From a bacterium (GTDB lineage Bacteria > CG03): DNA of 64,000 nt. The position numbers and the translations under genes were made by a program. Each line of letters opens with the position of its first letter. Position 1 is the stretch's first letter. The notes beneath the pieces were generated by a model. The model made no database searches. It saw only the letters and a program-made list of their open reading frames with translations, and was not told the DNA's origin. Shown one piece after another: positions 46,052-55,046 of the stretch. The stretch lies in NCBI GenBank assembly GCA_043825615.1, contig JBDRRS010000003.1, positions 56,090 to 120,089 of the forward strand, read 5' to 3'.

Positions 46052-46342
46052 ATGAAAGTTACTGATGTGAAGATCCGGATGAGTAAAGGTTCGTCAAAAA
46101 TAAAGGCGTTTGCCGTAGTTACGTTTGACGAAATTCTGGAAGTGCATTCCTTCAAGGTTGTTGAAGGCGAAAATGGCCTTTTTGTCGGGATGCCGTCACA
46201 GCGCGGCCAGGGCGACAAGTTTTACAACACCGTTTGGATCAAGGACGAAAACTTCAAAAACGAAGTTACGGAACAGGTTCTCGGTAAATATAACGAAATG
46301 CCTCCGGCCGGCGAAACGCAGATATTCGAAGAACCGGAATAA
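46052..46342 (+). CDS. spoVG: Septation protein SpoVG
   Basis: MKVTDVKIR...IKAFAVVTFDE...VHSFKVVEGENGLFVGMPS. Confidence 0.9.
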   Translation: MKVTDVKIRMSKGSSKIKAFAVVTFDEILEVHSFKVVEGENGLFVGMPSQRGQGDKFYNTVWIKDENFKNEVTEQVLGKYNEMPPAGETQIFEEPE

Positions 46343-46354
46343 ATAAAAGAACAA

Positions 46355-47119
46355 ATGGCGGCGGCGCTTAAAGGCGTTCTTCTCGGGCTGGTGCAGGGCG
46401 TTACGGAGTTTCTGCCCGTTTCGTCTTCCGGACATCTCGTTATTTTCAGAACTCTTCTCGGCAGCGGCACAAACGCTTTCAATGAAATAGCGTTTCTGCA
46501 TATCGCAACGCTCCTTGCCGTGTTCGTCTATTTCAGGAAAGGGCTCGTAAAATTAATTGCCGGTTTCTTCGGTAAAAAAAGCGAAAGCCGGCGGTTCGTC
46601 CTCTTTTTGTTCATCGCGAGCATTCCCGCCGGTATTGCGGGCCTTTTTTTCAAGGATATTATCGACTCCGTTTTTTCGGGAAATTCCATTTTCATATCTC
46701 TTTTTTTCGCCATTAATTCGGCGGTTCTCATAACAAGCGATATGAAAAAAACAGGTTCAAAGAAACTGAATGCGTTTGGTTCTTTTATTATCGGGATGTT
46801 TCAGGCGGTGTCCGTCCTTCCAGGCGTCTCCCGGAGCGGCGCGACGATTTCCGCAGGGATTTTTTCCGGCCTTGACAGAAAGACCGCTGTCGTATTTTCA
46901 TTTTATATGAGCATTCCCGCCGTTCTGTTCGGGAATATTTTTTTCAGTTCTTTCGGCGTTTCCCAACTTACGACAGCGGATATTCTTGCCTTTGCCGCCG
47001 CATTTTTCAGCGGCCTTTTGGCGATAAGGATTCTGATTACCGTGGTTGAGAAAGCGAATTTGAAATTTTTCGGGTTTTACACGCTGTTTGCGGCGCTGGT
47101 CAACCTTTTACTCATATGA
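46355..47119 (+). CDS. uppP: Undecaprenyl-diphosphate phosphatase
   Basis: Motifs GVTEFLPVSSSGHL and PGVSRSGATI. Confidence 0.9.
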   Translation: MAAALKGVLLGLVQGVTEFLPVSSSGHLVIFRTLLGSGTNAFNEIAFLHIATLLAVFVYFRKGLVKLIAGFFGKKSESRRFVLFLFIASIPAGIAGLFFKDIIDSVFSGNSIFISLFFAINSAVLITSDMKKTGSKKLNAFGSFIIGMFQAVSVLPGVSRSGATISAGIFSGLDRKTAVVFSFYMSIPAVLFGNIFFSSFGVSQLTTADILAFAAAFFSGLLAIRILITVVEKANLKFFGFYTLFAALVNLLLI

Positions 47120-47378
47120 AAAAAAAATTTATTGGCACCGGCGGGGACGCTCGCGGTTGTGCCGTCGGCGGAGCTGCCTACCGGAGACGCTCACGTTTGC
47201 GGCTTGCTCCGGCAATCCTGCGGGCATACTGTCAAACTCCTCGGATTGACGGCTCCGTTAGACACCATCCGCCTCCTTATACAGCCCCGCTTGCCAAAAC
47301 CCGCTCGCTGAAAATTCCTCGCGCCGCCGGTTCCGTCAGTCCTCCGGCCGCTTTGCAGGTGCAGCAAAATTTCAGGAT
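47120..47378. other. GC-rich, stem-rich 259-nt spacer; candidate structured RNA of unknown class and strand
   Basis: Nested complementary segments are visible by eye: CCGGAG (47191-47196) / CTCCGG (47217-47222), GTCAA (47241-47245) / TTGAC (47256-47260), CGGAGC (47169-47174) / GCTCCG (47262-47267). The ORF called here is R/A/P-rich and does not look coding. Confidence 0.3.
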
Positions 47379-49427
47379 ATGAAAGAGAAAAAGCTGACAG
47401 GGAAAGGCGACATAGCGGGAATCGTCCTTGTGGCGTCCGGGATTCTTCTCCTGCTGTGGCTGACTTGGGTGCCGTCAAGAGGCGTCGTCGGTAATGCCGT
47501 AACATATACCCTTGAATATCTGTTCGGCGCTGTTTCCGTGATTTTTTCGGGGATTCTGGTAATCGTGGGTATTTTTTCAATTTTAAAAGTGGTGATTGCG
47601 AGATTCTGGTATAAACTCGCCGGCATAGTGATTATCGTGTGTATGATTTGCAGTTTCGCCGACATAACGGCTTCGGGCGGCGCAACAAGAATCTCCGGCG
47701 TCGTCGGTGATTTTCTGGGCTGGGCGTTTGAGGAACTCTTCGGGCGCACCGGCGGCATTGTCATAATCGGAGTGGGTTTTATCTCGGGAATTTTAATCAC
47801 GTTTGAAACTAATGTCATCCGTCTCCTGCGGCTGATTTTCCTGCCTTTTGCAAAACTCGGATGCGTTGTTATTTTGCTTGTGAAGAAAATTTTTACGGGG
47901 AGAAAATTTCCGGAAGAAAAAAAGGAAAAGAAAGAAAAACCTCCGAAAGTTAGTCCCGTTCCCGCGCAGGCCCGGCGCCACGAACCGGAGGAAAAAGAAA
48001 CGTCCGCCGCGGCGGATGAAAGCGCCGCCGCCGGCGTTTATCGTCTGCCGTCCGCTGAGATGCTTTTGAAAAGTCCGCCATCGCAGAAAGAGGACTACGA
48101 TACCGCATCGCTTGAAAAAGCGCTGCTTGCATTCGGGATAAAAGTTGAAATTGTAAAAGTCATTACCGGTCCCTGCGTTATCAGGTTCGAACTCGCCCTT
48201 GAATCCGGGCAGAAGATTTCGAGAATCCAGAGTATTTCCAATGATATAGCGATGCAGCTCCGCGCCGAATCGGTCCGGATTCTCGCCCCGATTCCCGGGA
48301 AGGCGGCGGTGGGAATTGAAGTGCCGCGGTCTCACCGCGCGCAGATCTTTCTTCGGGAAATTATTGAGTCGGATATTTTCGCCGGGAGCAGCGCGCAGCT
48401 GCCGGTAATACTCGGAGAAAATGTCGTGGGGGACTCCATCGTCGCCGACCTGGGTTCTATGCCGCATCTCCTTATCGCAGGCGCCACGGGGTCGGGGAAG
48501 AGCGTTTGTATCCACAACATAATTTTGAGCATGCTTTTCAAGTTCCACCCTGAGGATTTGAAACTTCTTCTTGTTGACGCGAAGATGGTGGAACTGACCG
48601 TTTATAACGGGTGCCCGCACCTTATTTCCAGGGTGCAGACGGACGTAACGGGCGCGGTGTCTGCCCTCAAGTGGGTCGTTTTGGAAATGGAAAGACGGTT
48701 GAAACTTTTTTCGCAGGCGGGCGTCAGGGATATTTCGGGTTTCCTTGAAAGGGGCGAAAAACTCCCGTACATTGTCGTGATAATAGACGAACTCGCCGAC
48801 CTGATGAATGTCGCCCAGAAAGACATGGAACTTGTGATTACGCGGCTTTCCCAGATGTCCCGCGCGGCCGGAATACACCTGATTCTTTCAACGCAGAGGC
48901 CTTCCGTAAATGTAATAACGGGGGTAATAAAAGCGAATCTCCCCGCGAGAATTTCCTTTAAGGTTATTTCAAAAATAGATTCGCGGACGATTCTTGATTC
49001 TCAGGGCGGCGAAACGCTCCTCGGGAAGGGTGATATGCTTTATCTCCAGCCGGGTTCAAGTTTTCTCGAACGTATTCAGTCCCCGTTTGTCAGCAGGAAA
49101 GAGGTAAAGAAAATAGCGGATTTTATAAAAGAGCAGAATTTCCCGTATGAATATTTGGACCTTGCGAAAGAGGTCAAGCAGAGAGCGTCCGCCTCGACGC
49201 AGATTTCGGACGGGCTTTTCTGGGAAGCGGCGGAATTCGTCGTGAGCCAGGGAAAGGCGTCCACATCGCTTCTCCAGAGGAGGTTCCACATCGGATATTC
49301 ACGCGCCGCCTCGCTGATGGACACGATGTATGAAATAGGAATTATAGGAGAGGATATGGGCCCGACGAAAGGCAGAGAAATTCTGGTTGACCCGGAACTT
49401 CTTGAAAAACTGAAGACCGAATTATGA
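47379..49427 (+). CDS. ftsK: DNA translocase FtsK
   Basis: N-terminal TM helices and an acidic/basic linker. Motor domain motifs PHLLIAGATGSGKS and VVIIDELADL. C-terminal gamma wHTH (SLLQRRFHIGYSRAASLMD). Confidence 0.95.
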   Translation: MKEKKLTGKGDIAGIVLVASGILLLLWLTWVPSRGVVGNAVTYTLEYLFGAVSVIFSGILVIVGIFSILKVVIARFWYKLAGIVIIVCMICSFADITASGGATRISGVVGDFLGWAFEELFGRTGGIVIIGVGFISGILITFETNVIRLLRLIFLPFAKLGCVVILLVKKIFTGRKFPEEKKEKKEKPPKVSPVPAQARRHEPEEKETSAAADESAAAGVYRLPSAEMLLKSPPSQKEDYDTASLEKALLAFGIKVEIVKVITGPCVIRFELALESGQKISRIQSISNDIAMQLRAESVRILAPIPGKAAVGIEVPRSHRAQIFLREIIESDIFAGSSAQLPVILGENVVGDSIVADLGSMPHLLIAGATGSGKSVCIHNIILSMLFKFHPEDLKLLLVDAKMVELTVYNGCPHLISRVQTDVTGAVSALKWVVLEMERRLKLFSQAGVRDISGFLERGEKLPYIVVIIDELADLMNVAQKDMELVITRLSQMSRAAGIHLILSTQRPSVNVITGVIKANLPARISFKVISKIDSRTILDSQGGETLLGKGDMLYLQPGSSFLERIQSPFVSRKEVKKIADFIKEQNFPYEYLDLAKEVKQRASASTQISDGLFWEAAEFVVSQGKASTSLLQRRFHIGYSRAASLMDTMYEIGIIGEDMGPTKGREILVDPELLEKLKTEL

Positions 49428-50017
49428 GGCATTTTTACGGTTTTGTTTTTTTTCTGTTTATTTCCGCTTCTTTGAGCGCTGATGAAATTAACGGCGTCAA
49501 TAAGGAAAAGGCCGCGTTCAGAAATCTGATAAACGGCTCAAAAACGGTTTTTGTCAGGTTTACAAAATCGCAGAAACTCAAAGGGTCGGAAAAAGCATTC
49601 GTCGAGGAGGGAAAAATTTATTACAGGAAGAGCCCTATGCTTTTTAAACTTGAAATGCCCTCGGAAACGATTCTTATAAAAGAGAAAACGATTGAAAGGT
49701 TTCTGCCGAAGTTTAACGAAAAATATGTCAACGACTGGGACGGGCGCAATCCCTTTTTCCTGTATCTTGATATTCCGGACGGCGTCATAGAGGTTAAAAA
49801 GAGCAGTTCTAATATCGTGGACATACAAGTCATCAGGGATAATGGAACGGTGAAAATTTGCTATGATAAAACCAAAAAAAATATAAAAAGCATCAGGGAA
49901 GAAAATCCTGTCTGCCTATGGCAGACGGAAGTGGAGGCATTTGAGACGGATGTTGTTTTTGAGAAAGGTGTCTTTGATTTACCAGGAGACGTCAAGGTGG
50001 TTGATTTAAGAAAATGA
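49424..50017 (+). CDS. LolA-like periplasmic protein (tentative)
   Basis: Signal peptide and about 175 aa of beta-rich sequence. It sits directly after ftsK, where lolA is often found. Sequence resemblance is weak. Confidence 0.4.
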   Translation: MRHFYGFVFFLFISASLSADEINGVNKEKAAFRNLINGSKTVFVRFTKSQKLKGSEKAFVEEGKIYYRKSPMLFKLEMPSETILIKEKTIERFLPKFNEKYVNDWDGRNPFFLYLDIPDGVIEVKKSSSNIVDIQVIRDNGTVKICYDKTKKNIKSIREENPVCLWQTEVEAFETDVVFEKGVFDLPGDVKVVDLRK

Positions 50018-50643
50018 CTCTCGCGAATAAAATAACGGTCTCCAGGATAGCCGGTATTCCGCTGTTTATGTTTCTTATGGGGATTGCGTCTGTTTTCAGG
50101 CAAAAAGTTACTTTCAGTTTCTGGTGCTCGGCCGCCGGTTTTTTTATTTTTATAGGTCTTTCTTTTACTGACTGGATTGACGGGCATGTCGCCAGGATAA
50201 GAAAAGAAGTTACGTTCCTCGGGGAATTTCTCGACCCGCTCGCCGACAAACTGCTTGTTATCTCCGCTCTGCTCTATTTCATCAACGTTGACTGGATAAA
50301 GGTTTACTGGTGGATGGTTGTCATAATTATTTCGCGGGAGTTCATAATAACGGGGCTCCGCGTGGTTGCCGCGCACAAGAATATTTCAATTGCGGCGCTG
50401 ACTTCGGGGAAAGTCAAGACGACCGTTCAGATGATTGCGATTATTGCCACGCTTTTCATAATCGTTCTGAAAAACGCTACGAGGAAATGGGGTTTCTATT
50501 TTAACGGGCTGGACGTTGTTTTTTCACTGCCCTTTTACCTGGTGCTGTTTGCGACGCTGACGACCCTTTACAGCGGTATAAGTTATGTTGCTCAATACGC
50601 TTATCTGTTCACTGATGCTTTATTCGCGAAGGAGAGTAAATGA
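50014..50643 (+). CDS. pgsA: CDP-diacylglycerol--glycerol-3-phosphate 3-phosphatidyltransferase
   Basis: CDP-alcohol phosphatidyltransferase motif DWIDGHVARIRKEVTFLGEFLDPLADK. Confidence 0.9.
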   Translation: MTLANKITVSRIAGIPLFMFLMGIASVFRQKVTFSFWCSAAGFFIFIGLSFTDWIDGHVARIRKEVTFLGEFLDPLADKLLVISALLYFINVDWIKVYWWMVVIIISREFIITGLRVVAAHKNISIAALTSGKVKTTVQMIAIIATLFIIVLKNATRKWGFYFNGLDVVFSLPFYLVLFATLTTLYSGISYVAQYAYLFTDALFAKESK

Positions 50644-51140
50644 AAGAAGAATCTGTTATTGACGGGAGAGGCGCCGGCGGAGTAAATAAAATTATCAAAT
50701 TTATCGCCACGGGTTTCGGCGCGTCGAACTATGCGCCGCACCCTGGAGAAGGCACCGTCGGGACGCTGGTCGGCGTGCTTATTTTTGTGATTTGGCCTGA
50801 CTCAAAATTGTATCCGACCGCCTACTGGCTACTGCTGGTGCTCGGGCTGCCGCTCGGAGTGTTTATTGCGGGCAGGGCGGAAGAAATGTTTGCGCAGAGG
50901 GACTGCCCCCGCATCGTTATTGACGAGATTATGGGTTTTCTCGTTTCAGCGGCTTTCCTGCCGAAGAAATTCTGGCTGATTGTTGCGGCATTCGTTATTT
51001 TCCGTATTTTCGACGGGCTTAAAATCAAGCCCGTAAAGACGGCTGAGAATCTCCAAGCCGGCTGGGGAATAATGGCGGATGATTTTATTGCAGGGATTTT
51101 CACGAACGTTATAATGCAAGTCGTCCTGATTTTTTTCTAA
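50640..51140 (+). CDS. pgpA: Phosphatidylglycerophosphatase A
   Basis: Motifs GFGASNYAPHPGEGTVGTLVG, IVIDEIMG and FRIFDGLK. Confidence 0.85.
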   Translation: MKEESVIDGRGAGGVNKIIKFIATGFGASNYAPHPGEGTVGTLVGVLIFVIWPDSKLYPTAYWLLLVLGLPLGVFIAGRAEEMFAQRDCPRIVIDEIMGFLVSAAFLPKKFWLIVAAFVIFRIFDGLKIKPVKTAENLQAGWGIMADDFIAGIFTNVIMQVVLIFF

Positions 51141-52862
51141 ATGAAGGAAAGATTGCCGATTGATTCGCTGAATAAAAATTCCGCCGGGAAAACCGTTGAA
51201 CTTCTCGGGTGGATTGACACAATCAGAGACCACGGCGGCGTTCTTTTCGCCGACTTGAGAAACCGCTCGGGAAAGATACAGCTGGTTTTTGACGTTTCAA
51301 ACAAGGACGGGGAATTCCGCCGTCTTGCAGGGTCACTCCGTTCGGAATTTGTTGTTTCCGTAAAGGGCTGCGTGAAACCCCGCCCGGAGGACTCCGTAAA
51401 TAAAAAAATACCGACAGGCGAAGTTGAAGTGTGGGTTGACGGGATTGACGTGCTGAATCCGTCGCTTGCGCTGCCTTTTTATCCGGGTGACGCCGTAAGC
51501 GACGAGACGCGGCTTAAATACAGGTTCCTTGATTTAAGGAGCAGCGGTATGCTTTCAAACCTTGCCGCTCTGGATAAAATTATGCGCATCACAAGGGAGT
51601 ATTTCTTTGCGAATGACTTTATAGAAGTTCTCACTCCCCTTCTTACGAAATCGACGCCGGAAGGGGCGAGGGACTATCTTGTTCCCGCGAGAATGCAGAA
51701 GGGAGCGTTTTTCGCCCTCCCGCAGTCGCCGCAGCTTTTCAAACAGGTTTTGATGTCCGCCGGCGTTGAAAGGTATTACCAGATTGCCAAGTGTTTCAGG
51801 GACGAGGACTTAAGGTCGGACCGCCAGCCGGAGTTCACCCAGATTGATATGGAAATGTCTTTTGCGGACGCGGATGAAGTGATGGAAACGGTCAGGAAAC
51901 TTCTGATGAAGATTTTTTCCGGCTTTTCGCTGAAACTGCCGGAGCCCGGAATTATTAAATATGAGGATGCAATCGCGAAATACGGGACGGACAAACCGGA
52001 TTTACGCCTGAACGTTTCGCCGATAGAGAATTTAACTGAAATTTTTAAGGACACAGGTTTTAACGTTTTCAAGTCGCAGATTCAGAAGGGTAATAAAATT
52101 ACCTCATTTTTTGCGGAGAGGAATTTTTCCGGCAGCGAGTTAAACGTCTTGACGTCCGCCGCAAAGGAATTCGGAGCGGGCGGTCTCGTCTGGATAAAGA
52201 AATCGGGGACGGAACTCAAAAGTCCCGTTTTGAAGTTTTTCGGAAAAGAGGAAATCGAACGCATCCTGAAATTGTTCCCGGGTTCGGGGACTATTTTTGC
52301 CTGCACCGGCCCTGCCGCTTTTGAAATCATCGGCAGAATGAGAATAGAAGCGGCGGAAAAATTCAATCTCAAAAAAGACGGATTTTTCGCCCTGTGGATT
52401 ACGGAGGCGCCCCTTTTTGAAAAAGATAAGGAAGGGAACGTGCAGGCAACGCACCACCCGTTCACCGCTCCCATAGGCGACGTTTTTACGGGCGAGGCGA
52501 TGGAACTCAAATCGCATTCCTACGATTTCGTCATAAACGGAGAGGAAATCGGCGGGGGTTCCGTGAGAATCCACAACGTGGAAATGCAGAAAAGAATTTT
52601 TGAAATTCTGAAAATTCCCGAAGAGGAATACAATAAAAAATTCGGTTTTCTTCTCGGAGCCCTTTCATACGGCTGTCCGCCGCACGGGGGCTTCGCCGTC
52701 GGGCTTGAGCGCCTCGCCGCAATGCTCCTCGGCTTGAAATCAATAAGAGACGTGATTGCGTTCCCGAAGACCCAGAACGCCTGCTGCCCCCTGACCGGAG
52801 CCCCCGACAGGGTTTCGGAAAAACAACTGAAAGACCTCGGCCTGAAATTACTCCAGGATTAA
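51141..52862 (+). CDS. aspS: Aspartate--tRNA ligase
   Basis: OB-fold N-terminus. Class II motifs FRDEDLRSDRQPEFTQID, GGGSVRIH and GLERL. Confidence 0.95.
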   Translation: MKERLPIDSLNKNSAGKTVELLGWIDTIRDHGGVLFADLRNRSGKIQLVFDVSNKDGEFRRLAGSLRSEFVVSVKGCVKPRPEDSVNKKIPTGEVEVWVDGIDVLNPSLALPFYPGDAVSDETRLKYRFLDLRSSGMLSNLAALDKIMRITREYFFANDFIEVLTPLLTKSTPEGARDYLVPARMQKGAFFALPQSPQLFKQVLMSAGVERYYQIAKCFRDEDLRSDRQPEFTQIDMEMSFADADEVMETVRKLLMKIFSGFSLKLPEPGIIKYEDAIAKYGTDKPDLRLNVSPIENLTEIFKDTGFNVFKSQIQKGNKITSFFAERNFSGSELNVLTSAAKEFGAGGLVWIKKSGTELKSPVLKFFGKEEIERILKLFPGSGTIFACTGPAAFEIIGRMRIEAAEKFNLKKDGFFALWITEAPLFEKDKEGNVQATHHPFTAPIGDVFTGEAMELKSHSYDFVINGEEIGGGSVRIHNVEMQKRIFEILKIPEEEYNKKFGFLLGALSYGCPPHGGFAVGLERLAAMLLGLKSIRDVIAFPKTQNACCPLTGAPDRVSEKQLKDLGLKLLQD

Positions 52863-52890
52863 AAAAGAAAGGGGACGGTTCTAATACTTT
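52863..52890. repeat. Left-half copy of the spacer hairpin element, directly after the aspS stop
   Basis: aaaagaaaggggacggttctaatacttt differs from 19449-19476 by one substitution. Confidence 0.45.
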
Positions 52891-52927
52891 GGGAATGGGG
52901 ATATGGGTAATGCCGGGGAGTAAAAAA

Positions 52928-53176
52928 ATGAGAAAAATTAAATTATCACCTCAGGAAAAAGAAACAGAAAAAGACATTTTGGATGGAATTTACATTCCTG
53001 TAAAGGGCGATGAACTTCAATCTATCGCTAAGGCGATAGCGCACCGCAAAAAGGATGCGGTTTTAAATATTAGGGTGAACAGCAAGGATTTAGAAAGCAT
53101 AAGACGGAAATCTAAGAACATGGGCATAAAATATCAAACATTTATTTCCGAAGTCCTTCATAAAGTTGCTTTGTAA
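52928..53176 (+). CDS. CopG/RHH-type antitoxin-like small protein (no adjacent toxin seen)
   Basis: EKDILDG..IPV ... KKDAVLNIRVNSKDLESIRRKSKNMGIKYQTFISEVLHK matches the pattern I recall for CopG-type antitoxins (..INIRL...DL..IK..A...GIPYQTLIS..LHK). Confidence 0.5.
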   Translation: MRKIKLSPQEKETEKDILDGIYIPVKGDELQSIAKAIAHRKKDAVLNIRVNSKDLESIRRKSKNMGIKYQTFISEVLHKVAL

Positions 53177-53229
53177 TAAAAAAAATGGGGACGTCCGTAA
53201 GCAAGTGCTGTCAACCGGCGCACTTCAAA

Positions 53230-53583
53230 ATGTCTGCTAAACTTTACGATAAAGACGGGAAATGCCTTGTGGAAAATCTTGAAGTTGCTGATACTTTTTT
53301 TTCGCGTCTCAAAGGGCTTCTCGGCAGAAAATATATTTCAAAAGATTACGGGCTGCTTCTGGTCCCGTGTGGGAGCATTCATATGTTTTTTATGAAATTT
53401 CCGATTGACGTTTTTTTTCTTAAAAAAGTGAGCGGCGGCTTTGAGATTTTGAAGATTGTAAGGAATCTTGCGCCGTGGCGGCTATGTTTTGCGCCGGCGG
53501 GCACCTGCGCCGTGCTGGAGGTCTTTCCCGGCGCGGTCACCGGCGTGGAAGAGAAAGAAAAATTAATGTGCAAATGTGAATAA
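53230..53583 (+). CDS. DUF192 domain protein
   Basis: LEVADTFFSRLKGLLGRK...GLLLVPCGSIHMFFMKFPIDVFFL. Confidence 0.7.
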   Translation: MSAKLYDKDGKCLVENLEVADTFFSRLKGLLGRKYISKDYGLLLVPCGSIHMFFMKFPIDVFFLKKVSGGFEILKIVRNLAPWRLCFAPAGTCAVLEVFPGAVTGVEEKEKLMCKCE

Positions 53584-54172
53584 AATATCAAAAGTTTCGG
53601 GTATTATTCTTTCGGCCGGTTTTTCGTCAAGGATGAAGACGAATAAAGCGCTGCTTGAAATGGACGGGAAAACCTTTCTTGAAAATATTTTCTCCAAACT
53701 GAATGACTGCGTTCGGGAAGTTATCGTCGTCCTGGGGCACGGGAAAGAAGAAATTTTGTCGGAGGTTAAACTGCCCGGGGCAAAAATCGTATTTAACGAA
53801 AACTTTAAAGCCGGACAGTTCTCGTCATTAAAAAAAGGCATTTCCGCAATGAGCCCGGATAGCGAAGGGTTTATGCTGAATCCCGTTGACTGTCCGCTCG
53901 TAAGGAAAGAGACGTACCGGGAAATGCTTGAGTTATGGGGGCAGAACGGGTCACGGATTTTAATTCCCGTCTTTAACGGGATGAAAGGTCACCCCGCGAT
54001 TTTCCCCGCATCCGCCGCCGGGGAAATACTGAAAAGTCCCGATGATACCGCAGGGGGCGTCAGGTTTTTTCTAAAAAAATACGGGAACGCCGTTTCGTAC
54101 TTCAAAACTTCCGATAAAGGTGTTATAATAGATGCTGACACACCGGAGGATTTGTTAAGCTGTAATCTGTAA
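53576..54172 (+). CDS. mocA: MobA-like nucleotidyltransferase, molybdenum cofactor cytidylyltransferase-like
   Basis: GIILSAGFSSRMKTNKALLEMDGKTFLE, and DCPLV. It is adjacent to xdhC. Confidence 0.7.
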   Translation: MNKISKVSGIILSAGFSSRMKTNKALLEMDGKTFLENIFSKLNDCVREVIVVLGHGKEEILSEVKLPGAKIVFNENFKAGQFSSLKKGISAMSPDSEGFMLNPVDCPLVRKETYREMLELWGQNGSRILIPVFNGMKGHPAIFPASAAGEILKSPDDTAGGVRFFLKKYGNAVSYFKTSDKGVIIDADTPEDLLSCNL

Positions 54173-54190
54173 GCGGTAAGAGGGGAATAG

Positions 54191-54994
54191 ATGGTTGATT
54201 TTAAAAAAATAGAGCGGATAAAAAAGATGAACAAGCCCTTTGTCGTTGCGACAATCATCGCCAGCACCGGCTCGGCTCCGAGGAAAACGGGAACTTCAAT
54301 GGTCGTTTTTGAAACAGGAGAAATTGAAGGTTCCGTCGGCGGGGGCGAAATCGAGCGCAAAGTCATAAAAGAGGCGGTTTCGCTGCTCGGGAAGGGGAAA
54401 TCCAGAATGGTTAAGTTTAATCTCGCCGCGGGCAGGCGGAGGAAATCCGTTTCCACAAAAATGATTTGCGGCGGAACGGTGGATGTTTTTTTAAATGTTT
54501 ATCAGCCGCCGGTGAAACTGATTGTCTGCGGCGCGGGCCACATAGGGCAGAAACTTATAAAACTGGCGGTCTTGCTGGAGTGGGGCTGCGAGGTTGTTGA
54601 CAACAGGAAAGATTTTATCAAAAATCTGCGGCTGAGAGATGTCAGGATATCGGTATCGCCGTATGAAAAAGCGTTTAAAAAAGTTGACGCGGATGAAAAC
54701 AGCGCTGTCGTTATCGTCACGTACAATCATTCGGGGGATGCCGCCTGTCTTGAAGGAGCGCTTAAAACGAAGGCGTTTTATATCGGCATGATAGGAAGCC
54801 GGAATAAAATTCTCGTAAACTTTAAAAAAATCACGGCAAAAGGAATCCATATAGATAAGAGGGTCTATTCGCCGGTCGGTCTTGACCTCGGCGGCGATTC
54901 GCCCGGTGAAATTGCGCTCTGCATAATTTCCGAAATAATGAAAGTTAAAAGCGGCAGGAAAGGCGGACATCTGAGGATAAGGTGCGGGGCGTGA
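54191..54994 (+). CDS. xdhC: XdhC/CoxI family molybdoenzyme maturation protein
   Basis: VVATIIASTGSAPRKTGTSMVV...GSVGGGEIE. A Rossmann-like C-terminal half (LIVCGAGHIGQKL). Confidence 0.8.
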   Translation: MVDFKKIERIKKMNKPFVVATIIASTGSAPRKTGTSMVVFETGEIEGSVGGGEIERKVIKEAVSLLGKGKSRMVKFNLAAGRRRKSVSTKMICGGTVDVFLNVYQPPVKLIVCGAGHIGQKLIKLAVLLEWGCEVVDNRKDFIKNLRLRDVRISVSPYEKAFKKVDADENSAVVIVTYNHSGDAACLEGALKTKAFYIGMIGSRNKILVNFKKITAKGIHIDKRVYSPVGLDLGGDSPGEIALCIISEIMKVKSGRKGGHLRIRCGA

Positions 54995-55046
54995 GGAAAA
55001 GGCAAGCGGAGATTACAGGAGAAAGAGGAAATACGGAGGAGGAAAG

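Noticed and set aside
47116-47382. An 88-aa ORF between uppP and ftsK, considered as a protein-coding gene.
   Set aside because: It has R/A/P-rich composition, no RBS and dense self-complementarity. I treat it as non-coding (see the finding). I also compared it by eye with RNase P (GGAAAGUCCGGGC core), tmRNA (5' GGGG..UUCGAC and 3' T-arm/CCA) and SRP (GGAAGCAGCC region) and found no match.
47793-48878. A 361-aa minus-strand ORF inside ftsK.
   Set aside because: It is antisense to the conserved FtsK motor domain, has R/F/N-rich composition and carries no recognisable motif.
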